A stretch of 64,000 nt of DNA from positions 434,001-498,000 of the forward strand of contig QPMI01000040.1 of the NCBI GenBank assembly GCA_004431415.1. Direction: 5' to 3'. A program made the translations under genes and the position numbers. This DNA is from Cyanophora paradoxa CCMP329. Lineage: Eukaryota > Plantae > Glaucophyta. This document shows, one piece after another, positions 9,846 through 21,800 of the stretch (the first letter of the stretch is position 1; each line of letters opens with the position of its first letter). A model generated the notes under the pieces. The model was not told the DNA's origin, made no database searches, and saw only the letters and a program-made list of their open reading frames with translations.

Positions 9846-9862
9846 ATTTACATTTTTTTACT

Positions 9863-12800
9863 ATATTGGATTCACCACCCCGGTCGTGAATCCAAGCAGG
9901 ATCTTGTAAGCCCAGCCGCTCATGCTAGCGCTGCAGCAGATCTCGATCTGACTAGCTTCGCAGCGAAATTGATCTTGCTGTAAGCTCGAGCTCCAGGGTC
10001 GGGCGAACCGTCATTTCAATCTCCACCTCAGCCATCACTACAGGTTCATGGTGTTCGTGTCTGCGAGCTAGTTATATGTGCTGAATTTCAGCCAGACGTC
10101 AATCCGGCCATGTTTGCGTGCGGAAATCTGCTGGTGGATGCAACGCGCAACCGGCGCCCTTACATCATTGATCCGAGTAGTGCGTTTAGCGTTAAAAACT
10201 TGAAGATATGTAGAGGAATCTGAAGCTGATGCCATTTTCAGGCGGCTCTATTGTCGGCAGCCCTTCAAACATACAAATGACCGGCATCGCCTTCCCCTTG
10301 AGGAGAGCAGCTCTTGGCTCGGATCCGACCCTGTGCACCTTGTGCGTGCACCTCTCGAGCTTAAGCTTGCTTTAATTTGTGAGCTTAAGCTTGCCGGCCG
10401 ACGCCCGCATCAGGATCGCTGTTGGTGGAGACGTCGCCGGTACCGGAGCCACCGCGATCCAAATGCGCGGTTCGCTTAAATCGCATGTTTGAGTTCTAAT
10501 TCACAATATCAAAATGTAATTAATAAACATCTCTGCACAGGGACGTACCCTGGATGGAACCTGCCGGTGGTGGCCTCCGTGAAAGCTATGTCGACGGGCT
10601 CGCGCTCCGCCACCGTTACCATAAACTTTGCTTGGAACGCGGGCGTGGAACTGACCAGCGCATCGGCGAGCTGCATTCCCTTGGCTGGAGGGCCTGCTGA
10701 TTGGACTGCGTCCGCGGCAGTGCCCGCAGGGACACGCTCAGGGCCACTTACGCTAGCAGCGGGTGGGCTGCAGCCGAATGTGTCGTACGCGTGTTGGGCG
10801 AATGCCTCGAACAGCGTGGGGACCTCGGCCAGCGTCTCTTCCGCGCAGTTTCGGACGACTGCCGAAGCGCCTGCCGCCGTCGGCATCGCCACGCAGAACG
10901 TCCAGGCAACCGCGGCAGAGCTTGTCGTGACGTTTGGAAGTACCGGAGGGTCGACCATTACTTCCGCTGCCGCGAGCTGCACCCTTCTTGACTCTACCGG
11001 CGTAGTCTGGAGCGCATGGATTGCAGTGACGTCGCCGGTTGGCGCCAACTTTACGGCAACCGGACTGGCGTCGAACTCAACCTATAGCTGCTCGTCCAAC
11101 GCTACAAACCTGATTGGGACGTCCCCGAATTCGAATGTCACATTCACAACGCTCGTGCTCACGGAGACGCCGAGCCCGAGCCCGTCGCCCAGCCCGTCGC
11201 CGACGGAGACGCCGAGCCCGAGCCCGTCGCCCAGCCCGTCGCCGACGGAGACGCCGAGCCCGAGCCCATCGCCAAGCCCGTCGCCGACGGAGACGCCGAG
11301 CCCGAGCCCGTCGCCCAGCCCGTCGCCGACGGAGACGCCGAGCCCGAGCCCATCGCCAAGCCCGTCGCCGACGGAGACGCCGAGCCCGAGCCCGTCGCCC
11401 AGCCCGTCGCCGACGGAGACGCCGAGCCCGAGCCCGTCGCCCAGCCCGTCGCCGACGGAGACGCCGAGCCCGAGCCCGTCGCCCAGCCCGTCGCCGACGG
11501 AGACGCCGAGCCCGAGCCCATCGCCCAGCCCGTCGCCGACGGAGACGCCGAGCCCGAGCCCGTCGCCCAGCCCGTCGCCGACGGAGACGCCGAGCCCGAG
11601 CCCGTCGCCCAGCCCGTCGCCGACGGAGACGCCAAGCCCGAGCCCGTCGCCCAGCCCGTCGCCGACGGAGACGCCGAGCCCGAGCCCGTCGCCCAGCCCG
11701 TCGCCGACGGAGACGCCGAGCCCGAGCCCGTCGCCCAGCCCGTCGCCGACGGAGACGCCGAGCCCGAGCCCGTCGCCCAGCCCGTCGCCGACGGAGACGC
11801 CGAGCCCGAGCCCGTCGCCCAGCCCGTCGCCGACGGAGACGCCGAGCCCGAGCCCGTCGCCCAGCCCGTCGCCGACGGAGACGCCGAGCCCGAGCCCGTC
11901 GCCCAGCCCGTCGCCGACGGAGACGCCGAGCCCGAGCCCGTCGCCCAGCCCGTCGCCGACGGAGACGCCGAGCCCGAGCCCGTCGCCCAGCCCGTCGCCG
12001 ACGGAGACGCCGAGCCCGAGCCCGTCGCCCAGCCCGTCGCCGACGTCGACGGAGACGCCGAGCCCGAGCCCGTCGCCCAGCCCGTCGCCGACGGAGACGC
12101 CGAGCCCGAGCCCGTCGCCCAGCCCGTCGCCGACGGAGACGCCGAGCCCGAGCCCGTCGCCCAGCCCGTCGCCGACGGAGACGCCGAGCCCGAGCCCGTC
12201 GCCCAGCCCGTCGCCGACGGAGACGCCGAGCCCGAGCCCGTCGCCCAGCCCGTCGCCGATGGAGACGCCGAGCCCGAGCCCATCGCCCAGCCCGTCGCCG
12301 ACGGAGACGCCGAGCCCGAGCCCGTCGCCCAGCCCGTCGCCGACGTCGACGGAGACGCCGAGCCCGAGCCCGTCGCCCAGCCCGTCGCCGACGGAGACGC
12401 CGAGCCCGAGCCCGTCGCCCAGCCCGTCGCCGACGGAGACGCCGAGCCCGAGCCCGTCGCCCAGCCCGTCGCCGACGGAGACGCCGAGCCCGAGCCCATC
12501 ACCCAGCCCGTCGCCGACGGAGACGCCGAGCCCGAGCCCGTCGCCGAGCCCGTCGCCGACGGAGACGCCGAGCCTGAGCCCGTCGCCCAGCCCGTCGCCG
12601 ACGGAGACGCCGAGCCCGAGCCCGTCGCCCAGCCCGTCGCCGACGGAGATGCCGAGCCCGAGCCCGTCGCACAGCTCGACCCCGCTTCCGAAATCGCAGT
12701 CGTCACCTAGCCCGAGCCCATCGCCAAGCCCGTCTCTTTCGCCGCCTACGCCCATACCGACTGCTCCTCCGCCGGCTATAATCGTCGCGCAAGAAGCTGT

Positions 12801-15800
12801 CGTCTACAATCCAGAAGCCATTGCAGGAGCTTCAGAGCTCGTGACCCGCATTTCCGCCCTGTCGGTCTTCATCGCCCCCCCGAAGGTCATCAGCGATACT
12901 GTGGCGTCCGACAGCTCTTCCAGCGGCGCCCCACGCAGCCTAAAAAGTGTCGCCGTGCTCGAGTATTACTTCAGCTCCGCCACTGACCCGCAGAGCCGCA
13001 CGGTGCGCGTGAATTGAGTTTTTTCGAACTTCCAGAATCGCAGAGAACTTACATTCTTATAATTACGCGCACCAGACGTTCGATTCGCTGCTGGAGAGCC
13101 TCTCGGGGAGCTCGCCGGAACTTTTCGGCGTGTATGAGGTGACGAGGCCCGGCGCGCCGGGCTACGTCAACGTCAACTCGGCATACCCCTTTGCCGGGGC
13201 GGCCCTGCTGACGAACGTGGTGGGCACGCTCACGTACGACCCCGACTGGGGCTCGTTCGCCGCCGTCGCCGCTGCCATCTTTGACGCAACGGGATTTCGC
13301 CCCGCCGCACTCTCCGTGGCCACGCCGCGGCGTGCCCTCCGCCAGTACTCGCGGTCCGCCGTTCTCGTCTCCTTCGGCAGCACTGTCGGCGCCCTACAAG
13401 CCGCCAAGAAGGCGCGTCGCTTTCCCCTCACTGATTCGTCTTCGCTAAAGCGGCTAGTAGACGCTGGCGCTCGTCGCGAGCTGCATGCTCGAGCCCGTGT
13501 ACCAGTTCGAGCTGGACAGCGAGCTGGCGCAGAACCCGTGCCTTAACTTTACCACCGATGCTACCCTCCCCATGCCTGGTGCGGCTTGGATCGGCAGCAT
13601 TACTATGTGCCGTGATCGATATCGTGACCGCGCTTCGCACGGCCCCGCAGCGGTCAAGGCGCTGGGGCGGCAGGTCGACCTGGCCACCAACGACACGGCC
13701 TTGGCGGGAGCGATTTTTTCCCTGCTGAGCGTGCCGGGCGATGGTGATGCGACCTCGCTCGGGCTCGTGGCGTCGCGGCGGCCCGCCGCCGGCGTCGTGC
13801 TGCGGGGCGAGAGCGCCGCGGAGACGCTGCGCGCGCCAGGCGCGGGCGATCGCGAGGCTGTTTGTGCCCTCTCCGACGGGCGCGAGTGGCTCTTCTTCGT
13901 CTTTGGCTCGGACTCGGACGGCGCGAGCGTCTCTGCAACGAGCGCCGCAACGCTGCGAAACTTCACGCTGCCCTCTTCGGCGCTGCCGCGGCCCGCCGCC
14001 TGCGCCGCCTTCGACGGGCCCTTCTCGCTCGTGGTCGGCACGCGGGAGCCGCGGCTGCATCGCGTGCGGCTGACGGGCGACGGCCTCGCGAGCGAGCCGA
14101 TCGCGTGGACGCTGCCCAGCGCGAAGCCGGTCGTGCTCGGGGAGCGCGCCCGCCAGCCGCCGGCCGCCGCCTCGCGCGCCGTCTTCCTCCAGTCCGACGA
14201 TGCCGCGAGCACCGGCGGCGGCGCCTGCAACGCCGCCGACGCGTCCGTCTTCCTCCTCGTCGTCGACCGCTCCGGGGCGGTGCGCAGCGTCGCGGGCGCC
14301 CTCCCCGGCCTCTGCCCGCAGGCCCTCGCAGTCTCTCCCGACGAGTCCGCCGCGCTCGTCCTCGTCGCCGGCGGGCGCCTCTTCCGTGCACCGCTGCACC
14401 CGAACGCGACGGGCGGCCTCCGCGAGCTGCCGGGTCCCAACCGAATCCCAGGCGGCGGTGCGCTCGCCTCGGTCATCTTCCTCGCCAGCCGTGCGTACGC
14501 TGTCGGCGCCGTCGTCGGGAGCGAGCTGGCGGCGGGGCCGCGCCTGTGCCTCCTCTCCGTGCTGGAGGGCGAGGTCGCCGCCTCGACCTGCTTCGACCTC
14601 GAGCTCCCAAGCGCGGGCGTTGCCGGCGCCGCCGCTCAGGTCGCACTGCAGGCCGCGCGCCCGGCCCGTGCGTTCTACGTGACCCTTGGTAGGCTCCTGG
14701 TGCCCCTGCGCGCCGAGGCCGGCAGCGTCCGGCTGCTGGGGGGCGCCGGCACGAGCGCGCAGCTCGGCTCGAGCCTTGTGCTGGAGTACATGGTGGGGGG
14801 CTTCAACCTGGAGACGCGGGTCAAGGTCGTGAGCGCGGCCAACCTGCGCACCGTCTACAGCTTCGCGGCGAGCAACCCGGAGGGGAGCTGGCGGGCGGCG
14901 GGCCGCCGGGCGACGGCCATCCCCCTCCGCGCCCCCTTCTTCGCCGTCGGGGGCAGCTACGCGGTCGTGGTCTGCCTTGAGCTTGACGAGGCGTGCAGCC
15001 CGCCGGGGCTGCACTTCAAAGTCCGCGACGCCGCGGGTGCGGTCTTCGATTCCCATCAGCCCTTGACGCTGCAAAGAACGCTGCTGCCCTTGACACGCGC
15101 GCGCGGCCGCCGGGCAGGCTCGGACACGGGTCCCGCGCGGTCGGTGCTTCTCCGCCTCTCCGCGCTGCGCTCGTACGTCGGGGGCCGGCTCCAGGCGGTA
15201 CTCGACGGCGTCTCCCTCGAGTCGCCCGTGCGGGGACAGTCCGCCGTGCGCCGCCCCGCGTTTGTGAAATTGCTGCTCTGCTTGGCGAACAAAGGATCGT
15301 GCAGCGCGTCGTGAGCGAGGGGGATGCGGCGGTGAACGCGAGCTTCTATTGGAACGACCCCGCGCGCTGGGCCGCCGCCAGTTCGTATCCCCCGCCTCCC
15401 CTTCCCACTTCCCTCTCCGCCCACAGCCAAAGCAGGCGGCCCCGGGCGGGCGGTGCACTTCCGCTTCGAGAAGGGGCCGGGCCGCTGGCGCCTCGCGTCC
15501 ATTCTGGCCGCCGATGCCACGGGGGTGCGCGAAATGCTTGATTTTCGCGCGCGTGCGAAAGAGTCCGAGCCTCGAATTTCGCAGGAGCTGCTCCAGTGGG
15601 TCGCGGGCTACAACGCCGACGCCCCCTCGGCGGCGCTGGGCAGCGCCCTTGAGTGCGGGGCGCTCAACGTCACGCTCGTAGCTGCCGGCTCGGCGGCCCC
15701 GCGGGGATGGCTTGCCCTCTCCAACTTCAGGATGTTCGCCTTTGAGGCCGCCGGGGGTACGTATACGGTTAGATTGGCGGTTTTCCGCTCAAGCGTGCTT

Positions 15801-18800
15801 CGAGATCGAGATCGCCTGCTCCCCTCACGCACGCCCTGCGTGCAGAGGTCGACAAGCTGCAGTGCGCGGGCGGCGAGTCGACCACGTGCTTCCTGCGGCA
15901 GAACGCGAACGGGGCGGGGCGCCTCGTCGCCTCGTGCGGGCCGGCCGCCGCGGTACCCGCCGTCCTGCGCGCCGACCTCGGCGCCGTCGGCTTTGCCGCC
16001 TTGCTTGAGCGCGCCTCCACCATCGGCGGCCGCCCCGCCGCCCTCGCGGCGTCGCGCCGACGGGCGCTCGCCCTCTCCGACCTTGTCGTGACGAGCTTCG
16101 GCAAGGGCCCTGCCGGCATGACGGCGCGCCCGGCCCGCGCCTCGCAATCGGCGCCGCCCGCGGCCGTCGCCGCCGGCTGACGCGTGCACGCGCGCTGCGC
16201 AGCCGGCGCTGGAGGTCTTCGACGCCGTCGACGCAGGAGCCGAGCCCGCCGCGCTGATACAGGGCGTGGCGGTGGACGGCGCCGACGAGGCCCTCAACCC
16301 GAAGCCAGGCAGCCCGCCCGGTGCGTGCTCGGCCTTGCCGCCGTCGAGACCATCGGACCGACCGGGGCGCGCGCGGCACGCAGCCGGGGCGTGGACGCCC
16401 GTGGTCTCGGCCGCCGCGCTGCAGCCGTCCGACTTCGCGTGCACCTTCGGGCCCGAACTCTTCGCGCTGCTGCCATCCGCCGTGCGCTCCTTCGGCCTCG
16501 CAAACGGCGCGTGGGGCGAGGGCCCCGCGGCGCCGCGCGCGACGGCGGGCGCTGCCTTTGCGTGCCTCGAGCCCACCCTCTACGGTCCGCCTCCTCTCCC
16601 CTCGTTTTCGCGGAGCGCTGAGGCGGGGGCAGCGCTCGGGGCGGACGGGGCCCTCATGGCCTACTCTTCCGTCTCCGCCGAGTGGGTACAGCTGAACGCG
16701 AGCGGGGAGCAGCCCGCCCCGCGCAGCGCCGCCGGCCTCGTCGCCACCGGCGAGGCCCGCCTCCTGCTCATGTGCGACCGGCCGGCCGCCCGATCTTATG
16801 CCGAAGCCAAGCCGAGCTCACGGCGGGCGGGCATGCACAGGGGCGGGCTGGACGGGGCGTGGCGGGCGCTGGAGGACGCGTGGGAGCTCGACCTCGCGCT
16901 GCTCGAGTGGCGCCGCGCGGGCGCGCCGCCCCCGCAGCCCGCCCGCGTCGGAACCTCCCTCGCCCCCGCGGGCACCTCCCGCTCGGTCTTCTTCGCCTTC
17001 GGAGGCGTCGCTGTGGGCGCTGCCTCGACGTATTTCGACGACCTCTACCGGTGCGCCGCGCCCCCTTCTGTTCCCGCGAAGCCTTCCCTCTCTTGGAGGG
17101 CCGGACGAGCGGGGGGACAGGTACGACCGCGACGCGTCGACCGGGGCGTACTCGGCGAGCCGCGTGATCTCGAGCGGGGCGGGCCCCTCGCCCCGCGCCC
17201 ACGCGGTGGTCCAGGCTTCGGCCTCGGGCGGGCTGCTGTACGTGGCGGGCGGCCTCGGCGCCGACGGCCCCGCGAGCCCCTCCGAGCTCTTCGTCTTCGA
17301 CGCCGCGCACTCGACCTGGACGATGCTGCTCCCCTTGGGGAGGCCCCCCGCGTACCCCGCGCAGCTTTCGCGCGCCCCCGCCTCGGCAGTCCTCGACGGG
17401 GCACTGTACGTCGTCTCGGAGGGGGCGGTCGTCGCCTGGAGCCTCTCCCGTATCGCCTCGTTCCCTTCCAGTGCGTCGCCAGCTGTTATCCTTACACAAG
17501 CCCCCTCGCTATTTGTGCCCAAAGTTGCTACTTGTGCAGGTACGGGCACGCCGACGGCGCCTTTCATCTCCGCCCCCCCAAGGGCCGCGGAGATCACCAG
17601 CCAGATCCTGTATCCGACATCCGGCGCGGTGCTGGTCGCTGGGGGTACCGTCTCCGTTTCGTGGGCCTCCGACGCGGCCATGTACCCCCGTGTCCGCGTC
17701 GAGCTCTACTCAATCGACCGCTCGTGCTCGGCTACCCTCTGCGCGGGGTCCAACGCCGGCACGTGCACGGGGCCGCTGCCCGCCTGCGGCGCCGCGGGGC
17801 TCTACCAGGCGTCGGTGTCGCTCAGCGGGGGGCCCGGGGCGGCCTCAGATCCGCCCCTCCTCCTCGTCGGCGATTTCTTCCGCCTCGTGTCCGGTTTGCC
17901 TCTCGATGTTCCTACGTATACGCCCCGGACGGCATGCCCATGCATGACGCCCCGGCCCGCAGCGAACGTGTCGGAGGTGCTGGCGACCGTGCAGCCCGGT
18001 GTGACGGTCACGGCGCCCCTCGTCGCGCAGGAGCGCGGGGCGTACGCGATAGCTGGCGAGACGGTCGTCCTCGAGTGGGCGACGCGCGGCCTCGCGCTGC
18101 CCCACAACGTCACCGTCGACCTCGTCGAGTCGGCCACGGGCGCTCCGCTGAGGCGCCTCGCGCGCCGCCTCTCGCTGACCTCCTCCGGCTCCCTATCGTG
18201 GACCGCCGACCTGGACGGGTCGCCGCCCCCGCTTCGCTTCGCCGTCACCGTCGCGACGCCCTCGGGCTCCCACAGCGCCTCGTCGGAGGAGTTCGCGCTG
18301 CGCCCGTACGGCGTCGAGGTCGAGGGGCCGCCGGAGCGGAACTGGGTCCCGGGGGGCAGCTATCCCCTCGACGTCTTCTCGTCCGCCGGCGTCAGCACGC
18401 AGCTGGCGTCGCTCTCGCTGCTGCAGTTCCCACAGCTCACGCACGTCACCACCGTCGCCCCCGTCCTGCCCCTCGCCGCCGCGGGCAAGGGCAAGGCCCG
18501 CGCCGGCGCCCGGAGCCGGGGCCTCCTCGGCGCCGCCGCGGCCGACCGCCTACTCTTCGCCAACTACAGCTGGCCCATCCCGCCGGGCACGCCCGACGGG
18601 CTTTACATCCTGCAGGCAGACGTCCACTCGGACGCCGTATCGGGGCAGTCGCCCCCCTTCTGCATCGGGCCCAACCCCTGCGCCCGTGCGCCCCCGCGGC
18701 CGGCCGCGCCCGCCCGCCCTTCGAATTCTCGCACCGCTTTGATTCGCGTTGTATGACGTCCTATGATTTGCGCACCCAGCTGGCTTCGTCTTCCGCGCGC

Positions 18801-21800
18801 CGTACGCGGCGCCGGGGGCGCTCGAGCTCCCACGCCTCACGATCGGGCGGCCGTACTCGATCCGCTGGGCGAGCGCCGGCGTGCCGAGGGGCGGGCTCGT
18901 GCAGATCTCCATCGCCAACCTCGCAGACGGCAAGCCGATGCCGGTGTGCACGCGCTTCCCTCTAGATCTCTGCAGTCTTCTCGTCGTTGGTGCCACCTCT
19001 GCCTCCCTCTTCCTGAGTGGCATCCTTGCAGATCGCGGTGGTGGAGAACTCGTGGTCGTTCACGTTCGCGCCGAGCCCCGAGCTGACCCCCGGCGTGTAC
19101 TACTTCGAACTCTCCGCGCACGTCGACGGCGCCCCCGTCCGCTCCGCCTCCACTCAGGTGCCCGGGCCCGGCCCCCGCCCGCCCGCGTTGATCATGAGCT
19201 CCGAATTCGGATTTCGCGCCCCCCCATAGCTACCGGTCCCTTGATCAAGCGCGCCCGCAGTTTCTCCTCGAGCTGCCCGCGGCGTACCTCCTCTGGCGCC
19301 TGCCCGACGGCGCCACCGACTACAGTGCGGGCGACCGCGTGCCTCTCCGGTACGGACCCGCCCGCGAACGAGGCCCCGCCGCCTCGGCCCGGCCCGCGAA
19401 TTTCCGAATTTCCGCCCCGCCAGGTGGTACCTAGGCGGCGTCGGCGCGCTGGCGGTCGCCCTTCGGATCGTCCGCGTTGAGGATGGATACGCCAAGGTGC
19501 GCATTCAGTTTCCTTTTAAGCATCTCCTGCGAGCCCTTAAGCGCCTCTTGACTGAGCGTGCCGCCAGATGATCTCGCTCTCTGCGCCCAACACGGGCTCG
19601 TATGCGTGGACCGTCGACGGCGACACGCCGCCCGGCCGGTACCGCATCGAGGCGCCTCCTCTTCCCTCCTCTCCCCGCGCTCTCTTCTCACCCATATGCA
19701 TCCCACCGCCAGATCGGCGTGGATGGCTTCCGAGTCTCGGACACCAGCGCGGCCTTTGCCGTAGCCTCGCGGCCCGCCGTCCGCGTCGGGAGCCCCCCCA
19801 CGGACCTCGTGCCGGGCCGCTCCTACCGGTGCGCTTTCCCCTCGCCCCCGCCCCCTTCGCTCACGTGCGCGCCGCGGGCCCGGGCAGGATCCAGTGGAGC
19901 TCTGCCGCGGTGCCCCGTGAGGCGGCCGCGTCGGTCGCCGTCGTGCCCATCGCCTCGGGCGCCCTCACACCGGCCCCCGCCATCGTGCGCTCCCCCCTGG
20001 CCTGGGCCCGCACCCCCCTCCACCTCCTCCGCCGCCGCCGTCGAGCGCATCGAGCGCAGAAGTTGGAGACGACCAACGCGGAGCGGGAGCTCGAGTGGGC
20101 GCTGCCCGCGCAACTCGTGCCGGGGCAGTACCGCATCGAAGTCTCCCTCGCCTTCAGCGGCGCCGTCGCGGCGGCGGGCAGCAGCGCGCCGTTCCGCGTC
20201 GTGACCGGTGCGCGCGTTTCGGGCTCGCGACGCTGAATGCAAATAATAATAATCGAATCTGCGATGAGCCGTCAGCCCCCGCCACGCCGGACCCGTGCAT
20301 CGGCCGCCCCCCGACGGTCTCTGCGAGCATCCGCGAGGTCGTGTCGAGCACTGGTGCGCGCTGCCTCGTCTCGCAGGCGGGCGGCCGCAGGAACGTCGAA
20401 CTCACGCTCCGGATTGCAGGCCCCGCCCGCGAGATCACGTTCGAGTCGGGCCGCAACGAGGCGGAGCTCGACGCGACGGGCACGGCCACTTGCGACGGCG
20501 CCCCCGCCGCCCTCCGCTGGGCGGAGGTCGACCCCCTCGACCCGCGGCGCCCCGCCCTAGTCGAGGCGCCCACCGCCGCGAAGACGGCCGTTCGGAGGCT
20601 CCGCGTCGGCCTCTCCACGTCCGCGCCCCGTCCCGCCCCGCCCCGCGCGACTTTGCTGTCCGCGTCGACCGTGCGCTGACGGCGCGCGGTCGCGATCGCG
20701 ATCGCGAGTCCAGGTTCCGGCTCACGGCGACGGACAGGCTCGGGCAGAGCGCCAGCGCCGAAGTGTCCATCCGCCTCCTCCACCGCCACAGTCCGCCCGT
20801 TTGATTGTTCGATGATCTCAAAGCTTACAAGCGCGGAACACATATATACAAATTAAAGCTGCTTAACTTGGGCTTAAGCTTGCAGATACAGCTCTATATA
20901 TCGCACTCTGACGCGGCCCTTGCGCGCGCACAGCGGTGATGGCGGTGCTCTGCCTTGGGGCGCCCCACGGGCTCTCCCTCAACGAGTCGGACGCCCGGGC
21001 CCTCTTCGAGGCGGGCCTCGGCCCCTTCCTGGGGCGCCCCGCCCCCGCAGCCTCCTTCGCGGCCGTCCGCGCCGTCCGCTGCCCCGGAGCGGAGGCATCG
21101 GCGGCCATCTCCGCGCAGCTCCCGGCGATTCCGGGCGCGCACGCGGCGCTCGCCCCGGCCCGGCCACCCGATGTCGATCCTTCGTCGGCTGACGCGCGCG
21201 TGCAGGCCTCACGGGGACGGAGGTGGCGCAGGCCCTCTCCCGGATGCAGCCGGCGGACTGGGAGCGCCTCGCCGTGCCCGCGCCGGCCCCCGTCACGCGC
21301 CTCCTCATCGACACCGAGGCCGCGTACGGTGCGCGCAAACCGCCGCGAAAGCCGCCGCGAAAGCCGCCGCGAAAACCGCCGCGAAAACCGCCGCGAAAAC
21401 CGCCGCGAAAACCGCCGCGAAAACCGCCGCGAAAGCTTACACCGCCGCGAAAATCGCCGACTCGCGATCGCCGGGCGCAGCGAACGAGCCGCCCGGCGCG
21501 CCCGTCCTCTCGTTCGTCCCCGCCTCCCGCCTCAACGTCCTCCTGGTCAACAAGCGGACCAAGCGAGCCAGCGTGGAGGTGCTGGTGGCGGCGCGGGACC
21601 GGCCGCCCGGCGTCGTCGCCGCGTACGAGTGGACGCTTGGGGGCGAGCTGCAGGCCTCAGCGGCCCCCTCGCTGAGCCTCTCGCTGGGCGTGGGCGAGTA
21701 CACGGTGCGGGCTCTGGCCGTCGACGATGAGAACGCGTACGCGGAGAGTGACGGCCTCGTCATCCGAGTGCTGGACGAGTACGGCTGCAATGCCGCGAAG

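Larger units (their letters stand above)
1..9862. mobile_element. Endogenous Polinton/Maverick-like virus, right-hand portion; left end lies outside the window
   Basis: AT-rich, intronless, densely packed block that contrasts sharply with GC-rich host DNA after ~9863. Encodes ATPase, MCP, penton, pPolB and rve integrase. Ends in ...TTTTTTTACT (9853-9862), consistent with the 5'-AG...CT-3' termini of Polintons. Confidence 0.93.

Noticed and set aside
11082-12755. Long alternative-frame/antisense ORFs (GDGLG, RRRRA, SATGW repeats)
   Set aside because: Shadows of the stop-free 42-bp SP repeat; only the TETPSP frame joins the FN3 exon.
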